A stretch of DNA of 63,885 bases, filler included, from Reclinomonas americana ATCC 50394 (Eukaryota), in NCBI GenBank assembly GCA_048213135.1. It is 5 parts of 3 records of this genome, joined end to end, with 100 filler letters (N's around TTAATTAATTAA, not from the genome) between each part and the next. Parts side by side here need not be neighbours in the genome. Positions count along the whole stretch, not along the records: positions 1 to 19,292 come from PS015026.1; 4 more parts are not named here. One strand, given 5' to 3'. The position numbers and the translations under genes are program-made. Below are positions 1-11,209 of the stretch, piece by piece (the stretch's first letter is position 1; every line of letters begins with the position of its first letter). The notes under the pieces are model-generated. The model did no database searches and was not told where the DNA came from. It was given only the letters and a program-made list of their open reading frames with translations.

Positions 1-3000
1 GTGACTGTGACTCAGATCTCGACGTGTCTCCTCCGAGTAGCTCGCGACCGTGGCCACCAGCATGACGATGCAACTGATCTCCAAGTAAATGTCGTCGTCT
101 GCATGGGAAGAGTGTGTTGGTGGCGACTCGCGCACAGCAAGCGACCAGAGGTGAGCACACGATGGCGTACCGGGATACGCTGGAGCCTGCTGAAACACCT
201 CCACGCTCTTCAGCAGCACGGCCTCGAAGCGCTGCCAGTTCAGGAAACGCTCCTCGTTCTTCAGCATCTGGAAGACAATGCGTGCTCCACGGCCATCGCG
301 TGTGCGGGCCAGCGTACTGCGAGAGAGAGAGACAAACGACGCTCAGGGAACGATCATCACACACACGCATCGATGGAAAACTAGAGAAAGATCACCTGAG
401 CAGCGTGAGGAACGGGGCAAACAGCCACGTGGCACCGTCGTCGTAGTTCACCGACGTCTCCACCAGTCGTGGAACGTACTCAAAAATGAACGTAAAGCAC
501 TGCGAGCTGACTTCGCTCTCCGACCGATTCCACCACTGCAGGCTGAGGTGCGACGCACTGTNNNNNNNNNNNNNNNNNNNNNNNNNNNNNNNNNNNNNNN
601 NNNNNNNNNNNNNNNNNNNNNNNNNNNNNNNNNNNNNNNNNNNNNNNNNNNNNNNNNNNNNNNNNNNNNNNNNNNNNNNNNNNNNNNNNNNNNNNNNNNN
701 NNNNNNNNNNNNNNNNNNNNNNNNNNNNNNNNNNNNNNNNNNNNNNNNNNNNNNNNNNNNNNNNNNNNNNNNNNNNNNNNNNNNNNNNNNNNNNNNNNNN
801 NNNNNNNNNNNNNNNNNNNNNNNNNNNNNNNNNNNNNNNNNNNNNNNNNNNNNNNNNNNNNNNNNNNNNNNNNNNNNNNNNNNNNNNNNNNNNNNNNNNN
901 NNNNNNNNNNNNNNNNNNNNNNNNNNNNNNNNNNNNNNNNNNNNNNNNNNNNNNNNNNNNNNNNNNNNNNNNNNNNNNNNNNNNNNNNNNNNNNNNNNNN
1001 NNNNNNNNNNNNNNNNNNNNNNNNNNNNNNNNNNNNNNNNNNNNNNNNNNNNNNNNNNNNNNNNNNNNNNNNNNNNNNNNNNNNNNNNNNNNNNNNNNNN
1101 NNNNNNNNNNNNNNNNNNNNNNNNNNNNNNNNNNNNNNNNNNNNNNNNNNNNNNNNNNNNNNNNNNNNNNNNNNNNNNNNNNNNNNNNNNNNNNNNNNNN
1201 NNNGATACAGCGCGGCCAGGAATCCCAAAAATCCAGACAGGAACGACTGCTCACGACGACGCCGATCACCTGCGGAAAAGCGGAGACTCTCAACGGATGC
1301 AGAGACACTCACGCACGCACACACAGAGCATCGCACATACCGTCGATACGCTCACGCTGGAAGAACATTTCGCCCACATGGTGCTGCTGGTACAACCTGC
1401 ACGACAAGAGTCAAACAAAGACGATCTACACACCACCATTGCACGAGTGCCACCGCACCAGAGCTCCTCGATCTTGGCCAGCGCATCCAACTCCTTGTTC
1501 ATCAACGACACTACCGACTGCGCAAAATGATGCAGGGTCAGGCTCAGCCGCTCGCGGTTCGCCTGGTCCGACAGGAATGTAGTGCCGCGCAAAGTCTCCT
1601 CCAAAAACACAAACACATTCATGCGTTCGTGCACAAACGGTTGCAGCAGCTGCAGATCCACTGCACAACCCCAGCCAACATGCGACGTGAACACAACAGA
1701 AGCGCAACCGTGAGCGTCGCACCACTACGGACGCAACAAAGATCATCGCTTCTCGCGGTCTTGGCAAAGAGCACGGCAGTTACGGCGGCAAAGCTGCGCG
1801 AACCGGGTTCGGCTTTCGCCCACGTATCGTCGGCGGCCCTTGCTTCAGCCTTGCCGACGATTCCGAGCTGCGCGTCCAAGTGTTTCGACATGTCGATAGA
1901 TTGCAGCAGCGCGTTGCGCTTGACTTCGCCAGTGCGCGCGTCCAGCACGCTGGGCTCGTGAAGGGCACAGAACAGGGCGGCGTTCAGGAACAGACATGTG
2001 CGTTGAGCAAACGCCTCCTACGTGTTCGTGAGCATGCATACACCACGCAAAGCTGTGTCACGGTCACACAACACACACACACACACACGCGCAACTCGCA
2101 GATTCTTCTCAAACTCCACCGACGCCAAGCGCAGTGTCTTTAGCACAGCCTTGACGTCGTCCTGCGACAGCTGGAACTCGCGCGTCAAGTAGTACACGAA
2201 CACGGCGACGCGACTGACATAGATCCATCGATCGGCAAACACCGGGTGCTTGGGGTCTAATGACAGATTGTGCTGCGAGGGAAGAGAGCGGGAGTGAGGG
2301 GGGACGAAACAAAGGCGATCTAGTGTGCAGATTGTGGCGCAACTTCAATGGATGCACACAGCTCGCGCACCCAGCCTTGCTGCACCAGGCTCGACCGCAC
2401 GTTGAACATGAGCGATTGGAAGCGAGTGGCATCTGCCAGCTCCACGTCGGCAGTCGACTGCGCGAATGATAGGCTGTTGAGGGACCACGGCACACAAGAA
2501 CGGCACACACAGACAAGCGTCACCTCCAACACAATCTGCAACACATCCAGCAGAAACACGCGCTCCGTGTGGAACTGCTCAACAGCATGCGCCACACGCT
2601 GACCCCCACTCAGGTGCGGCTCAATGTCCTTGGACGCCGACCACACCGCCTGTGACGTGGCCTTGCCCAGCATCAACACCTTCGAGACCTCCTCCACCTG
2701 CAATGCGACGCCGAGTTACAAACACATGATGCACACACACACACAAGAGGATGCTAGCTTGCCTCCTTCTTGGCGCCCTCGGGAAGACTGGCGAAATCAG
2801 CACGCGCCTGCGTCTGCTCAGTGTTGCTCTGCGCCCGTTCGTCAATGAGTGAGTGGCAGTGAAGAAAAAGGGACGAGAGCGAAGGGAGCAAGAAGATAGA
2901 AAGGCGAGTGAAAGGTATGAGAGAGGAGCGTCTGCGTGACTGTCTCTTTGCGTTGAGTGGTAGTGCGAGAGATAGCAACAGAGAGAGGCAAGAAGGAAAG

Positions 3001-3517
3001 AGAGTGAAGAGTGTGAGCGACTGCATGTATTCTTCTGATACTTCGCATGCACGAGTGGTAGAGAGAGAGAGAGACAGCAACGGTGAGAGCGAAAGAGAGG
3101 CAAGCAGGAAAAGAGACTGACAAGATGCGAGAGCGACTGTGCGAAGAACAAGAGAGGATGACTGTCGAGCGAGCACATCAGCTTCTGTCTCTACGCATGC
3201 GAGAGCGGCAGCGACAGCGTGTACACGAGAGAGACGCGACAGAGACAGCAGTGATTTCGCGCTTTTGATGCATGGCATGCATGCACGTGCGATTTCCTCA
3301 CCGCAAACACCAACGGTCTCAACAACGCCGACGACGATGATGACGATGACGATGCTCCACCTGATCGCCCAGCAGCACCAGCAGAGGCACTCCAGTGCGC
3401 TGCCAGTTCCTCCTCCAGTTCACTGAGTGCTTCCTCATCAAAACCACCCTCCGCGCGCTCCGCAAACTCCATGAGCTCATAGAGCCGGTGGAAGGGCCAC
3501 CGATCCACTTGATCCAT
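1..3517 (-). CDS. NUP205: Nucleoporin Nup205/Nup192-like, 5' part (multi-exon, runs off window start)
   Basis: Spliced exons read MDQVDRWPFHRLYELM..., IEPHLSGGQRVAHAVEQFHTERVFLLDVLQIVLE, FLAALYHSASHLSLQWW, ARIVFQMLKNEERFLNWQRFEAVL and VASYSEETRRDL. These resemble, in order, Nup205 segments as I recall them (QQPHFPGLTRGLVAV, ELYK..HLELALEYW, SWEHFF, WSENARLAL). The assignment is from memory, not from a search. Confidence 0.65.
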
Positions 3518-3758
3518 GGTCACTCACTCACTCACTCACTCACACAAGAGAGTGTGCAAGAGAGAGACAAGCGCGAAATGTCGCACTCCACTGTGACCGC
3601 GCCTGACAGAGTCGATGCACACACACGCGTAAGAGTGAGAGGCAGTCACACAAGTGGCGATGTGCGTTGCTCTCTGTGTGTGCGCGCGCGTGTGCGTGTG
3701 TGTGAAAGTGTCAGTCACGCGCAGGACACTTTTGTTGTGTGTGTTAGAGTGAGAGAGA
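3518..3758. promoter_or_regulatory. Short bidirectional promoter region between NUP205-like and RPB8
   Basis: 241 bp separate the divergent ATGs (3517 minus, 3759 plus). It contains GCGCGAAA at 3571-3578, the reverse complement of the E2F-type TTTCGCGC site. Confidence 0.5.
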
Positions 3759-4612
3759 ATGGACCGCGTGTTGTTTAATGATATGTTCCGCGTGGTGGAG
3801 GTGGACCCAGAGGGAAAGAAGTTTGAGAAAGGTGACTTGCATGCATGTGCAAGTGCCTTTTGTGTGGCTCACAGCAATGCACAGTGTCGCGACTCAAGTG
3901 CAAGAGTGATGGTTTCGAGGCTGACTTGCTGCTCGGTGTGTGCTGTGTGAGAGGGAGTGTGGTGTGTGTGTATGCATGCATGTGTGTGCTCATTTGTGGG
4001 TGCATGCAGACGTCAACATTGAATTGTATCCCATCAATCAGAGTGATAAGTTCACGCTGGCCTTGGCAGAGACACTGGACTTGGATGGCACAGCTGACAG
4101 TTATGCATACATACACATACACACACACTCTCTCTCTCTCTCTCTCTCTCTCTTCCTCATCACTCACTCATTCACACGCGGAGAATGCCATTAAGGGATG
4201 CCGTGATTTGCGTGCATCGCTTGCAGTCTCACTAATCCTCCACACACACACACACACATCACTCACTCACCTCCCTCTTTCTCCCCTTCCTTTACTGCCT
4301 CATCCCAGGCGGTGTGTATGACCCACTACTGGGCACGGACCAGAAGCCCTCACTGATGGACTCGTACGAGTACGTCATGTACGGCAAGGTGTTCAAGTAC
4401 ACGGCCAAGGACAAGGATCTCACAGTGTTGCGCTGCGCCTCCCGTCTCGATCCCTTCTCGCGTCTCTCACTGCGGTCCTCACTTGTGCGTGTCGCAGATC
4501 GGTGTATGCGTCGTTTGGTGGACTGTTGATGAAGCTGACGGGCGACGAGCGCAACTTGGAAAAGATCAGGCCCGACAGCAACATCTACCTGCTCATGCGC
4601 AAGACCACGTGA
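3759..4612 (+). CDS. RPB8: RNA polymerase I/II/III shared subunit RPB8 (RPABC3), 5 exons
   Basis: Spliced product: [50 protein letters not shown]...[17 protein letters not shown]...[17 protein letters not shown]...IYLLMRKTT*. Four GT-AG introns restore the frame. Confidence 0.96.
4180..4244 (+). ncRNA. Candidate intronic hairpin RNA (snoRNA-like) in RPB8 intron 3
   Basis: A non-microsatellite island in an enlarged 209-nt intron. It has a GGAG/CTCC basal stem and an AAG-G-GATGC/GCATC-G-CTT upper stem, followed by ACA. The internal-loop strands GCCATT and GCAGTCTCACT are complementary to a conserved 5' segment of 18S rRNA. Confidence 0.3.
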
Positions 4613-4712
4613 GGCGCAGGGGGGTGCAGAGCGAGTGTGCAGTGTAGAATCGCGAATCGAATATGGAGGGGTGGGGAGGGGTTTATGATACAGGGCTGGT
4701 GTGGAACTCACG

Positions 4713-6636
4713 CTACTGCTGCTGCTGCTCCCGATCCTCGTCCGTCGGATGCGGAATGGTGTACGAGAGGGCAAAGATGTCGCCGCCGTCGCTCGGCTGC
4801 AGTGCGAGCAATGAGTGAGTGAGTGAGTGAGCGGGACCAGCAGGCGACACGCGAGAGTGTGTGTGCACGACGCAACTTGATTGGCGTGATGCTGTTGGCC
4901 GCAGGCGGCGACAATCTGCACGAGAACGCGCACGGTGTGAGGCACTATGGCAGAAAGATGATCGACATGCACCACGAACCACATGGTTCTGGTCTGGCGA
5001 GTACGCCATGTCAATGAAGAATTGACTGCCGCGGGCCGTGTACGTGGCCAGCGGAATGCGCGAGTTGGTGGAGAAGAGCTGCACTTGCGGAATGGTATTG
5101 TCCTGTGGCGGCAAGCGAAGCAGGTCAACACAAACAGGCACTGCAGACATGCAGTTGTCGCAGGCACGCAACTCCGTCGCCAAACGACGCCGCCGCCATG
5201 TAGTACTCGTTGGTGGCGTTGGGTCGCGACAGCAGAGCCACGCTCCAAATGGCGTCCTTGTCGTTGGTGTCGGCATTCTCTGTGCATCACCTGCGTGTCA
5301 GCTGCAACACAGCGTGCGTCGCACTGCGTAACCTCGCAGCCGCACGCAACTCGGATACATGTACGACCAGCGAGCCGCAAGTGGGAATGGCGGATCGGAG
5401 AACGGAGTCTTGTACAGCTGCGAGAGATATAGAGAGATTTTTGTGAGTCACGCTTTCCTGTGATGGATGACACGCATTCCACACCGTGAGAATGTTCTGC
5501 GAGAAGAACTTGTGGTACCAGCCAATGGCCACAGCGCCCTCGGCAAACGTACACGTGCCGGCGGCCATTTGCGTCGAGAACGGCCCATCCGGAGGAAGAA
5601 TCTGTCGGAACTTCTCCAGCCGCGTGCCCGAGTCGTTGCTCTTGTAGATCTCCAGGTGGCCATCGTAGCCGACGACCAGGTACTTGCCGTCGGGCGACAT
5701 GCACAAGGCATTGGAGAGGTACGGAGCCGTGTCATTCAGCAGCGTGTTGCCCTTTTCGTCGAACGCCACCACCAGGCCAGTCTTGTCAGCTGCGGCGAGA
5801 AGGTGAGTGGCAAAAGACATGAACACGTGTGCGTGCGTGCACACACAACTGTCACGCCGCACGACCAGCGCCATCGCCCTGCCGTCGGCACGCGCTGCCA
5901 TCGACCACGCCTCGTACGTGGCCGGCAGCGGTTGCTTCATAATCACGCCGCCCGTGTGCTGATCCAGCATCAGCGCGTACGACTGGATGGTTGGTTTCTG
6001 TGGGGAAGAGTGTCGATAATGAGCACCACATCGTCGTCACAACGCACTAATGACGCACGCTTCTATCGGTGAGCGCCGACAACATGATCTTCCCATCATT
6101 CGAGAGCAGAATGGTGTTGATGCCGGGCGGATCGCACGGCTGCTGCCCACAGTCATAGATCTACACCTCCCACACAGACGCATGTGAGCAACAATCACAG
6201 AGAATCACCACCAAGAAGAAGACGCACCCACGCCGAGTTCTGCGAGGTGACCGACGAGCCGCCCTCGAAGCGCACTCGCGAATACGTCTGGTACTGCACC
6301 GCCACCGCAAACTCTCCCGTCTCACTGCTCACCCCCCTCAAATGAGCAACGAGGAACCTCCACCAATGAGAGACACAAGCAAGACACACCGTGAGGCCGC
6401 TGTAAACGCATCGCCCATCTCCGATCGCTGCCACATGACAGGCGCATCCGCAATCGCCGGTCTCAGTGTGACATTATACGGTGGATTCAGCAGCAGTGCG
6501 CTCAGCACAAGCGCCGTCTGCTGTCCCTGATAAGGCCTACATAACAGCAAAAGAATACAATGCGAAGACAGACGGAGAAAAACGGAATGCGTTTCTGTGA
6601 GTGAGTGAGTGAGAGAGGCAGGGAGTGTTGTGAGGG

Positions 6637-6711
<75 letters not shown>

Positions 6712-7776
6712 GTACGTACGTCCGTTCCTTCCTTCCNNNNNNNNNNNNNNNNNNNNNNNNNNNNNNNNNNNNNNNNNNNNNNNNNNNNNNNNNNNNNNNN
6801 NNNNNNNNNNNNNNNNNNNNNNNNNNNNNNNNNNNNNNNNNNNNNNNNNNNNNNNNNNNNNNNNNNNNNNNNNNNNNNNNNNNNNNNNNNNNNNNNNNNN
6901 NNNNNNNNNNNNNNNNNNNNNNNNNNNNNNNNNNNNNNNNNNNNNNNNNNNNNNNNNNNNNNNNNNNNNNNNNNNNNNNNNNNNNNNNNNNNNNNNNNNN
7001 NNNNNNNNNNNNNNNNNNNNNNNNNNNNNNNNNNNNNNNNNNNNNNNNNNNNNNNNNNNNNNNNNNNNNNNNNNNNNNNNNNNNNNNNNNNNNNNNNNNN
7101 NNNNNNNNNNNNNNNNNNNNNNNNNNNNNNNNNNNNNNNNNNNNNNNNNNNNNNNNNNNNNNNNNNNNNNNNNNNNNNNNNNNNNNNNNNNNNNNNNNNN
7201 NNNNNNNNNNNNNNNNNNNNNNNNNNNNNNNNNNNNNNNNNNNNNNNNNNNNNNNNNNNNNNNNNNNNNNNNNNNNNNNNNNNNNNNNNNNNNNNNNNNN
7301 NNNNNNNNNNNNNNNNNNNNNNNNNNNNNNNNNNNNNNNNNNNNNNNNNNNNNNNNNNNNNNNNNNNNNNNNNNNNNNNNNNNNNNNNNNNNNNNNNNNN
7401 NNNNNNNNNNNNNNNNNNNNNNNNNNNNNNNNNNNNNNNNNNNNNNNNNNNNNNNNNNNGTGCACTCACCCATAGATCACTTGACACGTGCTGTATATGC
7501 CCTCATCGGCACTGTCTCGCCACAGCAAGTCAAAGCCACTTGATGGATCCTCCGTGACACTTGTCGGAGAGTGAGGTAATCTCTGTGCAGTGTCGTCTGC
7601 ACAACAGAGAGAGAGACAGACAGAGTGAGTGAGAGAAGAAGAAGGGAATCAGTGTTTTGTGTGTTTCATGTGCCTGTCGGGTACTCGTTGACGAGCAGAA
7701 TGTCGTGCTGTGCGGCCGCTGCGGTGAGCACCAGCAGGCAGGCCACACAGAGGATCAACACAGCGTGAGGACGCAT
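4713..7776 (-). CDS. Secreted protein of unknown function, probable beta-propeller (WD40/YVTN-like repeats)
   Basis: Signal-peptide-like start MRPHAVLILCVACLLVLTAAAAQ, then blade-like repeats ALCMSPDGKYLVVG, LLSNDGKIML and IDMAYSPDQNH. Multi-exon; stop at 4713. Confidence 0.55.
6638..6710. repeat. (GT)n microsatellite, intronic
   Basis: Perfect GT run next to an assembly gap. Confidence 0.97.
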
Positions 7777-7929
7777 GAGTTGTGTGAGCGCGCGCGCGCA
7801 AGGGAATCGCAGTGATGATGATCTGTCCGGTTTGCGTTTGTTACAATAGAGGGTTTTTTCCCGCGCACGGTCGCCGTTGTTGGTTGGCAGGTGGAGTGCG
7901 GTAAAGAGGCGTGAGTGAATGCGGGCACG

Positions 7930-10900
7930 CTACTCGGACGCAGCCGCGTCGGCGGCAGGCTCCTCTCCACCGGCATCGGCTTCCGCAGCAGGTGCAGCGG
8001 CGGATTCGGCGGGCGCGCCTTCGCCACCTGAGCCTGAGCCTTCGCCTTCTCCTTCGCCGGCTGCGGCTGCGGCTGCGTCGTCGCTATCGGTGGCTGCTGG
8101 AGGCGCGACTTCCTCTTCTGCTGCGCCTTCGCCTTGCTCGGCGTGCTGCTCTCCGGAGCCCTCGCCTTCGCCGGCCGGAGGAGCGTCGGCGTGGGTCGCG
8201 GTGTGATCGGTATCGCCGCCTGCATCGTGGTGCTCCTCGTGTGCGTGTCGCTCCACGAGAGAGGCGGCTGAGGAGGAGCGGCGGGCATGGGTCGGTGCCG
8301 GTTTGATCGACTCCGCAAAGTCCACCAGAGCCTGTTTGTGTGTTTGACAATTACATCAGTGGACTGGTTGATCGATGCAACGACGCAGAGCGTGCACAAA
8401 CAAGACCTGCTTCAGCTGCGCAAACAACTCGTCCTCCGGCAGGATGAACGCCATGTCTGGCTGCGACGCGAGCACATCTCAGCGTGCTGCATGTCGTCAC
8501 ACAGAGAGATACTTGTCTGCACTTACCGGTGCCTCCGCCTCCTCTTCCGCCTCGGCCTCTGGCTCGGCCTCCGCCGGTGCTCCACCCTCGNNNNNNNNNN
8601 NNNNNNNNNNNNNNNNNNNNNNNNNNNNNNNNNNNNNNNNNNNNNNNNNNNNNNNNNNNNNNNNNNNNNNNNNNNNNNNNNNNNNNNNNNNNNNNNNNNN
8701 NNNNNNNNNNNNNNNNNNNNNNNNNNNNNNNNNNNNNNNNNNNNNNNNNNNNNNNNNNNNNNNNNNNNNNNNNNNNNNNNNNNNNNNNNNNNNNNNNNNN
8801 NNNNNNNNNNNNNNNNNNNNNNNNNNNNNNNNNNNNNNNNNNNNNNNNNNNNNNNNNNNNNNNNNNNNNNNNNNNNNNNNNNNNNNNNNNNNNNNNNNNN
8901 NNNNNNNNNNNNNNNNNNNNNNNNNNNNNNNNNNNNGCTTGCGTGCGTCTTTTTTTTCTGTGCGGCTCACTTCACGCACTTGCAGGTACGGTTTCTTGGA
9001 GCGATTAGAGATCTTGAATGAGGACGATGCGTCGCGGCAAGGCAAGCTGCACGACTGGCTCAACGATTTCAAGACGCGCATGGCGGGGGTTGCGTGGCAA
9101 TGCCGGTGTCCTTTTGTTTTTCTGTCACTCTTTCTCACCCTCTCGTGCAGGACGACAAGCACCTCAACTTTGTCATGCGCATCGGGTGGCGAACGGTGGT
9201 GCGCCAGCCGGTTCCCAGCGACGCGCTGTGGGCACCGACCGAGCCTTACGACCAGGCACTGGTGGAGCGCTTTGTGAGTCGCAAGGAGTTGAACGATCTG
9301 CGAGCGATGGCGCGTGATCCGTCGGCCAGCGCTGGCACGTCAGGATTCTGTCGTGTCCTCAGGTACTTGCGGTGTGCTCACACGCACACCTCGCTCTCCC
9401 TCTCTCTCGCGTGCTGACGCTGTGTTGCCAGCCGCTACGTCATTCCCATCAAGACTTTCGCGGAGCGTGAGCTGGAGAGAAAGGAGCGCGCCGAGGCACT
9501 GGCTGCCGCCGCCGCCGCTCGTGCAGCCATGGCTGCGGAAAGTGANNNNNNNNNNNNNNNNNNNNNNNNNNNNNNNNNNNNNNNNNNNNNNNNNNNNNAA
9601 GCAAGCAGGCGACGAGCAACGCAACAGATCGTTCTTATCGATGAGCAGCTTCAGCGAGTCCACCATGCCGACCAGCTCGTTCTTCGACTTTTCGTAGTTG
9701 GAATCCACGTCGGCCTCGAACATGGCCTGCAGAAAAAACAAAACATACAGAGTGAGCAACTGATCTCAAGCGAGTGAATGGAGTAGAAAGGAGAAGAACC
9801 GCCCTCGTGTGGTGGAAGGGCAGTGTAAGGAAGATAGGTCCTTTTGTCTCTTCTTTCTCACGAGAAAACATGCAACGTGCAGCTGAATGAAGGAGCGTGT
9901 GTGCATGTCTTCTCTTTCTGTCTCTCGCAAAAGCAACGCAGCAGCTGAGTGAGGAGAGTGGTGGAGAGTAGAAGGTTGAAGAAGAGCTTCCCTCCCACAG
10001 CGCAGAGGAGCATGCACTTCGTACGCACTGGCCTCTCTTCTCTCTTTCCATCTCACTCAAAGCAATGCAGCAGCTGAGTGAGAGGAGAGGACGAGAGAAT
10101 GGAGGACGCAGTGTAGAGGAGCATGCAACACTGGCTGAGTGCAGCTGAATGAAGGAACGTGTATCTCTCTCCTGCCTCATTCAAAGCAGCGAAGCAACTG
10201 AGTGCGAGGAGAGTGGCGGAGAGTGGAAGGTAGAAGAAGAGCTTCCCTCTCTCGTGAGTGGCAGAGGGTGGTGGCTGAGTGAATAGAGCGTTAGTGAGGA
10301 GAGTGGCGGAGAGTGGCGGAGAGTGGAAGGTAGAAGAAGAGCTTCCGTCTCTCTCATGAGAAGCAGGACGTGCTGTCTTCTCTCACTAGTCACTCTCCAG
10401 ACAGCGCAGACGAGAGGCAACAAGCAGCAGAGAGTAAAGCACAGTCTTCTCTCTCTCTCTCTTTCTCTCTCACTCTCTTCTCTCTCCTTCTCCTCTCCTT
10501 CCCACTCACCATATCAACGAGATCTTCTCCCATGGAGCTCTTGAGCTCAATCTCCTTCCAAAAGTCCTTCTCAAAGCTCAGCTTCTTCAGCTCCTTCTTC
10601 TCCTCCTCCAAGAACGCCACATCTTTGTCAATCTCCTCCTCCAAGTGCCTAAACACACACACACACAAGTCAGTCTCTGTGTGTGAGAGAGAAAGAGTGA
10701 GTGAGAGAGCGCAACTTGGTGTACTGTCCCAGTGTCTTCAGTGCAGAGTCGGCCAAGGCCTGTCGCGCACGATCGCCCTTTTGTTGGCTCATCATCAAGT
10801 CCTGTGTGTGTGTGTGAGAGAGAGTGTGTGAGTGTGTGCAAGTCATGACTGTTTTTTAGTTGCCTTCTTGTTGCACTTATCACCTGTTCAAGTAGCGTTG

Positions 10901-11102
10901 TCAACCGATAGAACTCTTCTCGTGTGAAACGCTTGAGCTCACGCGCGCGAGTGGCCAACAAACCGAGCTGTGAGTGACTGACTGTGTGAGTGACTGTGAC
11001 ACTCATTGTTCGTTCTGTGTGTGTGTGTGTGTGTGTGCTCACCTGCTGCTCCATGTCAGCAAACTCCTCAGGTGAGAAGATGCTCTCAAAGCCTTGCGCC
11101 AT
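7930..11102 (-). CDS. Unknown helical protein with acidic Ala/Glu/Gly-rich C-terminal tail (includes the inverted contig 8937-9545)
   Basis: Exons MAQGFESIFSPEEFADMEQQ / HLEEEIDKDVAFLEEEKKELKKLSFEKDFWKEIE / AMFEADVDSNYEKSKNELVGMVDSLKLLIDKNDL. These continue in frame into YGFLERLEIL... on the flipped contig and then EGGAPAEAEPE...ADAAASE*. Confidence 0.7.
9870..10355. repeat. Degenerate purine-rich minisatellite inside a 783-nt intron
   Basis: Recurrent GAGGAGAGTGGYGGAGAGTRGAAGGT(T/A)GAAGAAGAGCTTCC (~9951, ~10206, ~10297) and GTGCAGCTGAATGAAGGA (~9877, ~10139). Confidence 0.75.
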
Positions 11103-11209
11103 CCTCGCTCTCTCTTGTGCGTCAGAGTGTGTAAACGGACGCGGACACATGACAAAACGGTGGACGTTGATTTCCTACCCTTCACTGTCTCTTTCTCTCT
11201 CTCTCGTGG

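Noticed and set aside
278-1961. Long ORFs spanning N-runs and many antisense ORFs in the supplied track
   Set aside because: These are artefacts of N translation, high GC and antisense frames of real exons.
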